In this document: positions 47,839 through 58,354 of the stretch, piece by piece
How positions within the stretch are numbered: the first letter of the stretch is position 1
Layout: every line of letters begins with the position of its first letter
NCBI GenBank assembly: GCA_963758635.1
Contig: CAVWWD010000004.1
Location: 160,001-224,000 of the forward strand
Source: an uncultured Candidatus Rokubacteria bacterium
GTDB taxonomy: Bacteria > Methylomirabilota > Methylomirabilia > Rokubacteriales > CSP1-6
Direction: 5' to 3'
DNA: 64,000 bases
Translations under genes and position numbers: made by a program
The notes under the pieces: model-generated
Database searches by the model: none
What the model was told of the DNA's origin: nothing
The model's input: the letters and a program-made list of their open reading frames with translations, nothing else

Positions 47839-48780
47839 ATGGCCCCCTCCGACGGATCGATCCTGCGCGAGCTGCTGGCGTTCGTGCGCCGCAACCCGCT
47901 GTCCGCGGTGGGAGGCCTCGTGGGCCTGACCGTCATCGTGATCGCGCTCGCCGCGCCGTGGGTCGCCCCGAAGGAGCCCCTCAAGACCAACTTCCTGCGC
48001 ATGAGCAAGCCGCCCGACGCGCAGGCGTGGTTCGGCACCGACCAGGTCGGACGCGACACGCTCTCGCGCGTGATCTACGGCGCGCGCACCTCGCTCTTCG
48101 TGGCGTTCTTGGCGGTGCTGCTCGGCACCACGGTGGGGTCGCTGTGGGGGGTGGCGTGCGGCTACCTCGGCGGGCGCTTCGACCTCGTGAGCCAGCGGAT
48201 CATGGAGGTGCTCCAGGCCTTCCCCGACCTGATCCTGGCCATGGCCATCTCCATGGCCATCGGCACCGGCCTTCCCGCCGTGATCGTCGCCATCGCCGTC
48301 ACGCGCATCCCGTTCGGAGGGCGCGTCATCCGCTCGGTGGCGCTGTCCGTGCGCGAGATGCCCTACGTCGAGGCCGGGCGCGCGGCGGGCGCGTCCGCCC
48401 TCCGCATCATGACGCTCCACGTGCTGCCCCAGTGCCTCGCGCCGTACCTGGTGCTCGCCACCACGCACCTCGGGGTGGCGATCGTGATCGAGGCCGCGCT
48501 CGGCTTCCTCGGCGTCGGCGTGCCGCCGCCGACCCCCACGTGGGGCAACATGCTCGCCGACGCCATCACCGCCCTGGTCCCCCATTGGTGGCTGGTGCTC
48601 TACCCGGGGCTCGCGATCACCGTCACCGTGCTGGCGTTCAACCTGCTCGGCGACGGCATCCGCGACACCCTGGACCCCCGGCTGTCGCCGGCCATGCTCC
48701 GCGTGCTCACCGGCTCGGGCCGGCGCGCCGCGCCCGCCGCGAAGGTGGCCGAGGCGCGCGAGGAGAGCGCTCCCGCCTGA
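47839..48780 (+). CDS. ABC transporter permease (DppC/OppC)
   Basis: FGTDQVGRD, YVEAGRAAG and GDGIRDTLDP motifs. Confidence 0.93.
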   Translation: MAPSDGSILRELLAFVRRNPLSAVGGLVGLTVIVIALAAPWVAPKEPLKTNFLRMSKPPDAQAWFGTDQVGRDTLSRVIYGARTSLFVAFLAVLLGTTVGSLWGVACGYLGGRFDLVSQRIMEVLQAFPDLILAMAISMAIGTGLPAVIVAIAVTRIPFGGRVIRSVALSVREMPYVEAGRAAGASALRIMTLHVLPQCLAPYLVLATTHLGVAIVIEAALGFLGVGVPPPTPTWGNMLADAITALVPHWWLVLYPGLAITVTVLAFNLLGDGIRDTLDPRLSPAMLRVLTGSGRRAAPAAKVAEAREESAPA

Positions 48781-48900
48781 GCGGGGCAGCCGCCCGAGGG
48801 CGCTCCCCGCCCGAGAGCGGTCGCCGGCGGCGGGGCGCGCCGGGGCGTTCGGCCCGGAAAAGCCTGCCGGTCCGGGCCGCCTTTCTGCGAGGATGGCGGC

Positions 48901-49722
48901 GTGCGGGCGTTCGACGCGAAGTTCGGCCCCGACTTCCTCGCCGCCGTCCCCGAGGCTCCCGGGGTCTACCGCATCTTCGACGCCGACGGCACGCTGATCT
49001 ACGTGGGCAAGGCCGCGAACCTCCGGCGCCGGCTCGCCCAGTACCGGACGATCGGCCGGAGGAAGGCGCACCGCAAGCGCCGGGCGCTGGTGGGCGCCGC
49101 CGCGCGCATCGTGTGGGAGGTCTGCGAGTCGGACCTGGCCGCGTCACTCGCGGAGATCCGGCTGATCCAGGACCTCCGCCCGCCGCGCAACGTGGTGAGC
49201 GCGTTCCCGTTCCTCTACCCGTTCATCGGCGTCCGCGACGAGGGCGTCGAGACCTACTTCTGCCTGACGACCTCGCCCGCGGCGTTCACCGGCTTCGACC
49301 TCCACGGGGCGTTCCGGTCGCGCGAGGTCACGCGCGAAGCGTTCGCCGCGCTCGCGCGGCTGCTCCGCTGGGCCGGGCATCCCGTCCCGCGCCACCGGTG
49401 CGCTCGCTTCGTGGCGGCGCGGCACTCGCGCGTGATCGGCTTCCGGCGCCTGCCCGCGGGGAGCCCCGCGCGCTGGGCTGGTCTGCTGCGGGGCGAGTCG
49501 CGGGAGGCGCTCGAGGCCTTGTCCCTCGAGCTGCTCGAGCACCCGGGTGCGCGCGCCCGCAGCGCGGAGATCCAGGAGGATCTGCGCGCGGTGGGACGCT
49601 TCTTCCGCCGGGAGGCCCTCGCCCTCGCCCGGGCGCGCGCCGCCGCGGGAGACGAGCGCTACCCGATCCCCCAGGAGGATCGCGACCTCCTGTTCACGCG
49701 CTACCGCCACGCTCGCGCGTGA
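48901..49722 (+). CDS. GIY-YIG nuclease domain protein (UvrC N-terminal-like)
   Basis: PGVYRIF...IYVGKAANLRRRL. Confidence 0.8.
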   Translation: MRAFDAKFGPDFLAAVPEAPGVYRIFDADGTLIYVGKAANLRRRLAQYRTIGRRKAHRKRRALVGAAARIVWEVCESDLAASLAEIRLIQDLRPPRNVVSAFPFLYPFIGVRDEGVETYFCLTTSPAAFTGFDLHGAFRSREVTREAFAALARLLRWAGHPVPRHRCARFVAARHSRVIGFRRLPAGSPARWAGLLRGESREALEALSLELLEHPGARARSAEIQEDLRAVGRFFRREALALARARAAAGDERYPIPQEDRDLLFTRYRHARA

Positions 49723-49738
49723 GCCTCCCGAGGGCGGG

Positions 49739-50735
49739 GTGAGAGTCGCCCTTCTTCACAACCCGAGGCCGACGGCGGCGCCCGCCGGGCCCGCGGACGA
49801 CGAGTTCGAGGAGTACGACTCCCCCGGCACTATCGCCGCGATCGCCGCGGCCCTGCGCGCCCTCGGCGTGTCGGTGGAGCCGGTGGTCGCGGACCGCGCG
49901 CTCCCGCGCCGCCTCGAGGAGGGACGCTACGACGTTGCCTTCAACGTCGCCGAGGGACAGGGCCGGCGCTGCCGCGAGGCCGTGCCCGCTGCGGTGTGCG
50001 AGCTCCTCGGGCTCCCGTTCACCGGCTCGGACGCGCTCACGCTGGCCGTCACCCTCGACAAGGCCGTCGCGCGCCGGATCGTCTCTCCGGACGTGCCCGT
50101 GGCGCCGGCCGCCCTCGTCGAGGGCGAGGCTGACCCGGCCGCGCTCGCCGCCTTGCGCTACCCCGTCATCGTGAAGCCGAACGACGAGGGGTCGAGCAAG
50201 GGGATCGGCGACGACGCCGTCGCCGCCGACGCCGCGGGCGCGTCCCGACGCTGCCGCGATCTTCGGGAGCGCTACGGGTGCCCGGTGCTGGTCGAGGAGT
50301 TCCTGCCCGGCGCCGAGGTGACCGTGGCCGTCGTGGGCAACGGAAGCGGCGCCCGCGTCCTCGGCGCCATGGAGATCGCCGCGGCGCCGGGCGGCGACGC
50401 CCGGCCCTTCGTGTACTCGATCGACGTCAAGCGCGACTGGCGGCGGCGCGTGCGCTACCACGTGCCGCCGCGGCTGCCTGTCGCGTGTCTCGTGTCCATC
50501 GAGCGCCTGGCCCTGACCGCGTTCCGGCTGCTGGGCTGCCGCGACGTCGCCCGCCTCGACTTCCGCCTCGACGCGGCGGGGCGACCCTGCTTCATCGAGT
50601 GCAACCCGCTGCCGGGCCTGGATCCCGCCAACAGCGACATCGTGCCTCCTGTCGCGCGGGCAGCTTCCGTATGAACGGCTGGTGCAGGGCATCCTGCTCG
50701 ACGCGGCCCGGCGGATGGGATTGGGCCTGCCGTGA
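49739..50735 (+). CDS. D-alanine--D-alanine ligase-like ATP-grasp protein (frameshift near 50645)
   Basis: VKPNDEGSSKGI, EEFLPG, RLDFR and ECNPLPGL motifs. Confidence 0.85.
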
Positions 50736-51223
50736 CGATCACCCCCGTGAACGTCCTCGTGAGGGCGCTGTCCGCGGCGGATCACGGCGAGGTCCACGAG
50801 ATCCTGCGCGCCTGCGGGGTCTTCACCGAGGAGGAGGTCCGCATCGCGCTCGAGATGGCCGGCGCCCCCGACGACTACCCAGGCTTTGCCGCGGAGGTGG
50901 CGGGGAAGGTGCGGGGCTTCGTCTGCATCGGCCGGACGCCGTTGACCGCCACCACGTGGCACCTATACTGGATCGGCGTTCATCCCGAGGCGCAGGGCAC
51001 GGGGGTGGGGCGGGCGCTCCAGGCGCACGCGGAGGGCGTCCTCCTGGAGCAGGGCGGTGAGCGTCTCGTGCTGGAAACGAGCGGCCGGCCCGACTACGCG
51101 CGCGCGCGCCGCTTCTACGAGGAGGCCGGTTACGTGGCGGTCGGCCGCATCGAGGACTTCTACAAGCCCGGGGATCCGTGCGTCATCTTCTGCAAGACGC
51201 TGGCCCGGCACCGGAGGTCATGA
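50732..51223 (+). CDS. GNAT N-acetyltransferase
   Basis: LYWIGVHPEAQGTGVG...ARRFYE...DFY. Confidence 0.88.
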   Translation: MTITPVNVLVRALSAADHGEVHEILRACGVFTEEEVRIALEMAGAPDDYPGFAAEVAGKVRGFVCIGRTPLTATTWHLYWIGVHPEAQGTGVGRALQAHAEGVLLEQGGERLVLETSGRPDYARARRFYEEAGYVAVGRIEDFYKPGDPCVIFCKTLARHRRS

Positions 51224-51226
51224 CAC

Positions 51227-51565
51227 ATGCCCCAGCACGATGTCGAGGTCACGGACCGGAACGGCGGGACGGCCACCATCGAGGTGTCGGTGCCCTTCGT
51301 CGGCGAACCCACGTGGCGGGTCACGCAGCATCGCTTCCTTCGCCTGCAGAGCGGCGTGGCGGACCGGGGCGGGGACGCCTCCGGCGAATGGCTCTCGCTC
51401 TACGGAGCGAAGTCCTACGACGACCATCTCCTGGTCCTCCATCTCGACGCCTTCTTCGACGGGGAGCGGGTGAATGGCGCGGGCGGGGGCACGCTCTACG
51501 AGCACGACAACCTCCTCCTGGTGCCCGGTCCGCTGAGCTGGAGGCTGGTCGGGTCGAGGCCCTGA
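51227..51565 (+). CDS. Hypothetical protein
   Basis: GGAGG RBS, coding-like composition, in operon position. Confidence 0.55.
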   Translation: MPQHDVEVTDRNGGTATIEVSVPFVGEPTWRVTQHRFLRLQSGVADRGGDASGEWLSLYGAKSYDDHLLVLHLDAFFDGERVNGAGGGTLYEHDNLLLVPGPLSWRLVGSRP

Positions 51566-51599
51566 GCGGCGGACGGGGGCCCGAGCCGCGCGCGGCCGA

Positions 51600-53205
51600 T
51601 CACCAGGGCCGGCCCTGACCGGCCGAGTCGATGATGCCCAGCAGCACCCGGAGGTCCGCCGGCTTCACCACGTGGTGATCGAACCCGGCTTCGCGCGTCC
51701 GGCGGCGATCCTCGGCGAAGCCGTAGCCGGTGAGCGCCACCAGCGTGGGCCGTGCGCCCGGGAGCGCGCGCACGCGCCGCGCGACCTCGTAGCCGTCGAG
51801 GCCGGGCAGGCCCAGGTCCACGACGATCACGTCCGGACTCCAGTTCTTCGCGACGTCGAGGCCGGTGGCCCCGTCGGCGGCATCCCGCACCTCGTGGCCG
51901 ACGGACGAGAGCAGGAGCCCCAGCATCTCGCGGGAGTCCCGCTCGTCCTCGACGAGGAGGACCCGCCGCGACTGTCGCGCGCGCTGCGGCTCTCCCGTCT
52001 CCCGCTCCGCGTCGTCCGCCCGGACCCCGAAGGGCGACGCCAGCGCCGGCATCCGCGCCGTGAAGAGCGCGCCCTGGCCGACGCCCGCGCTCGCCGCGGT
52101 GATCGTGCCCTTGTGCAGCTCCAGGAGCTGCTGGACCAGGCGCAGTCCGAGTCCCAGGCCCCCCTGGGCCCGATCGATCCCACGCTCGCCCTGGACGAAG
52201 AGCTCGAAGACGTGGGGCAGCAGCTCGGGGGCGATGCCCGAGCCCGTGTCGCCCACGGAGAAGACGGCTTCGCCCGCCATCCTGCCGGACCTCCACCGTG
52301 ATCTGCCCGGTGCTCGGGGTGTGCTTGACGGCGTTGTCGAGGAGGTTGCTCCACACTTGCTCGAGCCGTGTCTCGTCCCCGAGGACCCACACGTCGTCGA
52401 CCAGCGTGACGAGGCCCGGCGATTTCGGCGCGGCGGCGAGGAGCGTGGCGATGGCCCGCCGTGCCACCACCGCCAGGTTGACCGGCGCCAGCTCGAGCAC
52501 GATCTTGCCGCTGGTCACCCGGGCGATGTCGAGCAGGTCGTCGACCATCCGGCCCAGGTGCCGCGCCTGGCGGTTGATGACCTGACGCGCGCCGGCGGCC
52601 GGCGACGCGGGCAGGCTCGGCAGCTCGAGGAGCGCCACGGCGTTCAGGATGGCGCTGAGCGGGTTCCGGAGCTCGTGACTGAGCATGGCGAGGAAGCGGT
52701 CCTTCGCCTGGTTGGCGGTCTCCGCGTCGGCGCGCGCCGACTGCTCCGCCTCGAGGAGCTGGGCGAGCCGCTCCTCCACGCGCCGGCGCTCCGTGATGTC
52801 GCGGGCGATCTTCGACGCGCCGATGATCTCGCCCGAGCTGTCGCGCAGCGGCGACAGCGTGACCGAGATGTTGATCTCCTGGCCGTCAGCCCGGACGCGC
52901 ACCGTCTCGTAGTGCTGGATGCGCTCGCCGCGAGCCAGGCGGTTGAGGAAGTCCTGCTCCTCCTGGAGACGGTCGGTCGGGAAGAGCTTGGTGATGGGCT
53001 GGCCGATCATCTCGTCGGCCGTGTAGCCGAAGACCCGTTCCGCCCCGGCGTTCCACGACGTCACGATGCCCGTCAGGGTCTTGGTGACGATGGCGTCGTC
53101 CGAGCCCTCGACGAGGCTTCTCAGGAGGGCGCCCCATCGCTCCTCGATGGGAGTGCCCGTGGGCCCGGCGTCGGAGGCGCGGGGGTTCCGTCTACGCTTG
53201 GCCAT
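51600..53205 (-). CDS. PAS hybrid sensor histidine kinase / response regulator (frameshift near 52280)
   Basis: PAS SWNAGAE, SHELRNPL, NLLDNA, GGLGLGL and C-terminal REC. Confidence 0.88.
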
Positions 53206-53319
53206 GGCGAGGCTCCGCTCCAGTCTAGCTGACGGCCCCCGGCAGCCGGCCGACGATCGCCCTCAGGCTCGGCGCGAGGCTGCGCCCTGACGCCCGAATC
53301 GTCGGCCTGCGCGCGACTG

Positions 53320-53335
53320 TGCAAGAGCAGTACCG
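53320..53335 (-). promoter_or_regulatory. Possible sigma54 promoter
   Basis: Minus strand CGGTACTGCTCTTGCA (GG-N10-GC) upstream of the hybrid kinase. Confidence 0.45.
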
Positions 53336-53619
53336 ATAACGCTCGCCGTCGGAAACGTAGGCACCGTCGTGGCCGAGCCGGCGCCATGGGTTGCCAGATT
53401 ACCCAGTAGGATTTGCCGCATGGCACCGGCTCACACGGGTTTCCACGGACGGCTCCCCCGGTGGGGTCTCGTGCGAGTCCGAGGAAGGCGGAGGCCTGTT
53501 TCACCTACGGCGGGCCGGGCCAATGCCGCGCAACGCCAAGATGCCCGTGGCGAGCCGTCACCGGAGGTGGCCGCGCTACCGCCAGGGGCCGTCCTGTCGT
53601 GGTGGGAGGACTGCTGCGG

Positions 53620-53811
53620 TCAGTAGGCGGCGCGCCTTTTCAGCGCGCGGCCAGACAGCATCGTCGTCTTACCGCTGTAGCCGGCGCCGGTGTTCCACTC
53701 CACCTTCACGTGATCCTCGCGCATCAGGGCGACCACCGTTCCGACGGTGTCCGTGGGCGAGTCGCGAAGCTCTACCGTGTCGCCAACGACGAAGCCGTGC
53801 GGGGTTGTCAT
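53620..53811 (-). CDS. Small hypothetical beta-rich (SH3-like) protein
   Basis: FVVGDTVEL...GTVVAL...VKVEW pattern. Confidence 0.45.
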   Translation of the reverse strand: MTTPHGFVVGDTVELRDSPTDTVGTVVALMREDHVKVEWNTGAGYSGKTTMLSGRALKRRAAY

Positions 53812-54253
53812 GGGCCACAGTTTACGCAATATCGCGGGCAGACGTAGGCCGGTCTCGAGACCGCGATCGGCAGGTGCGACTGAGTGTTCATCGCGCGCAG
53901 CGGGCGGATCGACGTGGAAGAGCGGCGCGCACCGCTGGGGACCCGCCGTCACCGGACGCGACCGACGTGGGTCCCCTGGGGACGATCGGTGCGGCTCGTG
54001 GGGAATCTTCGATTGCCTCCCCGGCGACGGTCGCGTGGATCGCCGAACCCGACGTGAGACGTCGGGAACCTTTACATCTCTGGTTCTGGGCTGGCCGGCA
54101 TTGACGCCAAGCCATTGACTTCATGTGCAATGGGACTGTGGAACGACACTTGCGTAGTAGGCCCCCGTGGCTCTCTGATCTAAATGTGTCCCACGGGTTA
54201 CCTCGGAGGCTGACATGCTGAGAGCTGTCGTCGCGGTCGGGGTGGGAGGATTC

Positions 54254-54920
54254 ATGAGATCCGCAATCGGGCGTGCCGTCGCGAAGTTGTCACGAAATTC
54301 GCTCCTGGCCCTCGGGCTGCTGGTCGTCGGAACGTCTCCTGCGAGTGCGGCCACCATCTTCACTGCCGACATGGACAACACGCAGGAGGTCGCTCCCGGC
54401 TTGCCCGGTACCACCACGGGGACTGCACAGGTCGATCTCCAGCTGAACGACCTCGGCGGTGGGAACTTCTCCCTGACCATGCAGCTCCTGTTCTCGAGCG
54501 ACTTCAACTTCAGTGAACTTTGGCGGCCCCGACACCGGCGCCGAGGTGGTCAGCAATCTCCACGTCCACAACCAGGCGCGTGGCGCCGCCGGAAGCGTCG
54601 TGTGGGGCATCTTCGCTCCGGACCACGACGTGGACAACGACAGCGTGCTCACGAGCAATCCCGATGGGACGACACTCATCACCAGCGAGTGGGACCTGAC
54701 CGAGGGCAACGGGCCGATCACGCTCGCGAACTTCCTCGCCGAGCTGCAGGCCGCGACGCCGGGCTCGGACGTCGCTCTCTACCTGAACGTCCACACCTCG
54801 GACGCCCCCGGCGGTGCGATCCGCGGGCAGTTCGTCGCCGCCGTGCCCGGGCCAGCGTCGGGCGCGCTGCTCGCGCTCGGTATCGCCCTGCTCGTCGTGA
54901 GGACTCGCCGCCGCGGCTGA
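54254..54920 (+). CDS. CHRD domain protein with a PEP-CTERM-like tail (frameshift near 54512)
   Basis: QEV, LHVH, LYLNVHTSDAPGGAIRGQF, then VPGP-TM-RTRRRG. Confidence 0.75.
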
Positions 54921-54924
54921 GCCG

Positions 54925-55135
54925 GACCAGCCGTCTGCCCTTCGCGCAGAAGCGCCTGCGGTGGCGGCGCGACGGGCGCGTCGCACTCGAGCTGGAAGCG
55001 GCGGGGCACGACGGCACGCGGGAGCTCGTGTTCGAGCCGCTGGAATTCCTGGAACGGTTTGGCGGCCATGACCCGCGGGCCCGAAATCAATCTGCTCATC
55101 TGCCACGGCGCGCTGGCCCGCTCGCGCCACCGGGC
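54925..55135 (+). mobile_element. IS91-family (Y2) transposase remnant
   Basis: DGRVALEL...DGTRELVFEPLEFLER / PEINLLICHGAL; fragmentary and frameshifted. Confidence 0.7.
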
Positions 55136-55321
55136 GCGAGCGGGGATCGCCTACGGCTGCGTGTGCATCTCAGCCGTTCACCGTCCATGAAACCGGGGTA
55201 ACTCCAGGGGCGGCCCTGTCCTTCGCCGCGCGGGTGGCGGCGAGCCGGCTCGCCGCAGCCGGTTTGGTAGCCGCCGGCCGGATGCTGAATCCCTAGCAGC
55301 CATAGGAAGACGCGGGGGTTC

Positions 55322-57094
55322 TTGGTCGTGCTATCGAACCATGCCGCCGTCCCGCGGCGCGGCCAGTTCAGGGTTGCGCTGCTTCTGCTCGCGCTTCTCA
55401 CGCCCGGCGCGGAGGCTGCGGCTCCCCGACAGGTGCTGCTGTTTCACTCGTTTGGGCCCGATTTACCGCCGTTCAGCGCATTCGCCTCGGCATTTCGCAC
55501 CGAGCTCGCCCGGCTCGTCCCCGAGCGGGTCGTGTTCCAGGAGGTGTCACTCAACGCCGAGCAGACGGGACCACCCGAGGACGAGCGGCCGTTCGTCGAG
55601 TTTCTCCGGGCACGTTACGGGAGCTCGCCGCCAGAGTTGATCGTCACGCTCGGCGCGCCCGCCACGCATGTCTATCTGCGCCACCGGGAGCGGCTGTTTC
55701 GGGACGTCCCGCTCCTCGTCACTGCCGTCGAGCAGCGGCTCGGGCGCCGTATGGACCTCGGCGCCGGGGATTTTCTGGTGGGCGTGAGGACCGACATTTT
55801 ACGCATCGTCGAGAGCATCCTCCACGTCCTGCCCGACACCAGGACGCTCGGCATCATCATGGGCTCCTCGCCGCTCGAGCGTTTCTGGCTGAAGCAGCAG
55901 CAGAGCGACCTGGCGCCATTGGCGAATCGCGTCACCCTGCTCTGGCTCGACGGCCTCACGCTGGAGCAGCTGCGGGAGCGCGTGGCCGCGCTCCCGCCGC
56001 ATTCCGCCCTGCTGTACAGTTGGTTCATCGCGGATGCCAGCGGTGTGCCCTACGAAAACGAGCAGGCGTTGTCGGCCTTGCGGACCGTGACGAAGGCGCC
56101 GATCTTCGGCACGTTCGAAAGCCAGCTCGGCGAAGGCGTGGTCGGCGGCCCGCACGTCCCCGTGCGCACGCAGGCCCTCCTCGCGGCGCAGCACGCTCGC
56201 CGCATGCTCGCGGGAGGCGCGGCGGCCGGTGAGCGTCGCGCCTTCCTCGACATGAGCGCGCCCGTCTTCGATTGGCGGGAGCTCGAACGCTGGGGTATTC
56301 CTGAGGCGCGACTGCCGGCCGGCGCCGAGGTGCGCTTCCGAGCGCCGTCCCTGTGGGAGCAGCACCGAATGCTGATCGTGGCAGGGACCGCGATCGTCCT
56401 GTTGCAGGCCGCCTTCATCACCGCGCTCGTCGTCCAGCGCGCGCGGCGGCGGCGCGCCGAGGACGACGCGGTGGACCTCAGCGGCCGGCTGCTGACCGCG
56501 CACGAGGACGAACGCCGGCACCTTGCGCGCGAGCTGCACGACGACCTCACCCAGCGGCTCGCGCGCCTCGCCATCGACGCGGGCCGGCTGGAGCAAGGCG
56601 ACGGCGGGGACCGCCGCATCGTGGCGACCATGCGCGGTGACCTGGTGCAGTTGAGCGAGGACGTGCACGCGCTGTCGTACCGGCTGCACCCCTCGATGCT
56701 CTACGACCTCGGCCTGGTCGAGGCGCTCAGGGCGGAGGGCGATCGCGTCGCGCGTCGGGGCGCGCTGCAGGTGGAGGTGGACGCTCGCGGCGTACCGGAG
56801 GCACTGCCCGTCGACGTGTCGCTCTGCCTGTTCCGTGTGGCGCAGGAGGCGCTGAGCAACGCCACGCGCCACGGCGGTGCGAGCACCGTGACCGTGCTCC
56901 TGTCGTCGAACGGCAGGGGTCTGCAGCTCGCCGTCAGGGACAACGGCAGGGGCTTCGACCCGGCGAGGTTGCGTGACCGCGCGAGCCTTGGCCTTGCCAG
57001 CATGCGCGAGCGGGTGCGCCTCGTGAATGGCCAACTCCACATCGAGAGCACGCCCGGGACGGGCACATCCGTGATCGTCTGGGTGCCCGCGTGA
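55322..57094 (+). CDS. Sensor histidine kinase (HisKA_3) with a large periplasmic domain
   Basis: ERRHLARELHDDLTQ, QEALSNA, DNGRGFD and GLASMRER motifs. Confidence 0.92.
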   Translation: MVVLSNHAAVPRRGQFRVALLLLALLTPGAEAAAPRQVLLFHSFGPDLPPFSAFASAFRTELARLVPERVVFQEVSLNAEQTGPPEDERPFVEFLRARYGSSPPELIVTLGAPATHVYLRHRERLFRDVPLLVTAVEQRLGRRMDLGAGDFLVGVRTDILRIVESILHVLPDTRTLGIIMGSSPLERFWLKQQQSDLAPLANRVTLLWLDGLTLEQLRERVAALPPHSALLYSWFIADASGVPYENEQALSALRTVTKAPIFGTFESQLGEGVVGGPHVPVRTQALLAAQHARRMLAGGAAAGERRAFLDMSAPVFDWRELERWGIPEARLPAGAEVRFRAPSLWEQHRMLIVAGTAIVLLQAAFITALVVQRARRRRAEDDAVDLSGRLLTAHEDERRHLARELHDDLTQRLARLAIDAGRLEQGDGGDRRIVATMRGDLVQLSEDVHALSYRLHPSMLYDLGLVEALRAEGDRVARRGALQVEVDARGVPEALPVDVSLCLFRVAQEALSNATRHGGASTVTVLLSSNGRGLQLAVRDNGRGFDPARLRDRASLGLASMRERVRLVNGQLHIESTPGTGTSVIVWVPA

Positions 57095-57735
57095 GCAAGA
57101 GCAAGCCCCGCGTCCTACTCGCCGACGACCACCGCATCGTCGCCGAAGGCCTCAAGGGCCTGCTGGCGGAGGAGTTCGAGCTGGTCGGCATGGTCGAGGA
57201 CGGCCGGGCCCTGGTCAAGGCGGCGCGCGAGCTGCGCCCCGACGTGATCGTGGCCGACATTTCGATGCCGCATGTGAACGGCATCGAGGCGCTGGCACTG
57301 CTGAAACGAGAGAATCCGAAGGTGCGGGTCGTGTTCCTGACGATGCACCGGGACGCGGCCTATGCGCGGCGCGCGCTCGCCGCCGGCGCGGCCGGTTTTG
57401 TGCTGAAGCACTCGGCGCCCGCCGAGCTGATACTGGCGTTGCGCGCGGCGCTGCAGGGGCGCACCTTCATCACACCCGACCTGGCCGCGGAGCTGGTGCG
57501 CACGGCCGGGCGGGATGCGAAAGGACACGCGGATCCGGTCGAGACGATCACGCCGCGGCAGCGGGAGATCCTGGAGCTGCTCGCGGAGGGCAAGTCGGCC
57601 AAGGAGATCGCTTCGGCGCTCGGCCTGTCGGCCCGCACCGTCGAAGACCACAAGTACCGGCTGATGGAGTCGCTCGGCATCGACACCACCGCTGCACTGA
57701 TCCGGTTCGCGATCCGGCACGGCCTGGTCCCGTAG
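57091..57735 (+). CDS. NarL/LuxR family response regulator
   Basis: LADDH, DISMP and TPRQREIL HTH. Confidence 0.93.
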   Translation: MSKSKPRVLLADDHRIVAEGLKGLLAEEFELVGMVEDGRALVKAARELRPDVIVADISMPHVNGIEALALLKRENPKVRVVFLTMHRDAAYARRALAAGAAGFVLKHSAPAELILALRAALQGRTFITPDLAAELVRTAGRDAKGHADPVETITPRQREILELLAEGKSAKEIASALGLSARTVEDHKYRLMESLGIDTTAALIRFAIRHGLVP

Positions 57736-57801
57736 TTTCCTTCCTCTGAACCCGTAGATCTCCGGTTACAGCCGCGGCCGGCCGCGGCCTAGTCTGGTCG
57801 C

Positions 57802-58200
57802 GTGACGGTCCAGACGGGACGCTGCGTTCTACTGGCAGACCGGCATCACGGTCTGCGCGACAGTGTTCGGGGGCTGCTCGAAACGGTTTTCGAGACGGTC
57901 TTCATGGTCGCGGACGAAGCGTCCCTGCTGGAGGGGGCCGGCCGGCTGACGCCCGCCGTCGTGGTCCTCGACCTGTCGCTGTCTGCCGGCGATCTGCGCG
58001 GCCTTCTGGCCCGCGTCCGCGCGCGCGCGCCGGGTTCGAAGGTGTTGCTGCTGTCCGTGCACGACGAACCGACGGTGGCCGATAGCGCTCTGAGCGCCGG
58101 CGCCGACGCCGTCGTCCTCAAGCGCAGCCTCGTCACCGATCTCATGCCCGCGGTGGACGCCCTGCTGGCAGGAGGGCGCTATCGCTCACCCGGCATGTGA
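57802..58200 (+). CDS. Stand-alone receiver domain protein
   Basis: LLADRH...VLDLSL...LLSVHDE...VLK. Confidence 0.75.
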   Translation: MTVQTGRCVLLADRHHGLRDSVRGLLETVFETVFMVADEASLLEGAGRLTPAVVVLDLSLSAGDLRGLLARVRARAPGSKVLLLSVHDEPTVADSALSAGADAVVLKRSLVTDLMPAVDALLAGGRYRSPGM

Positions 58201-58354
58201 GCGAGGACGTGAGCCTGTGACCGAGACGCGAGCAGAAGCCGACCGGGCGCGGCGACTCCTCAGGGAGGAAAAGGAGGGTCAGGAGCAGACGGCACGCGGC
58301 GGCTCGAGGGCGGGGATCACCCGATCTGAACAGGCAAGGAGGGAACAAAAGTCC

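Noticed and set aside
45163..49742. Very long ORFs of 1302 aa (-) and 1232 aa (+), and similar ones such as 12695-15817
   Set aside because: Shadow frames of real genes in high-GC DNA; Arg/Ala/Gly/Pro-rich with no recognisable motifs.
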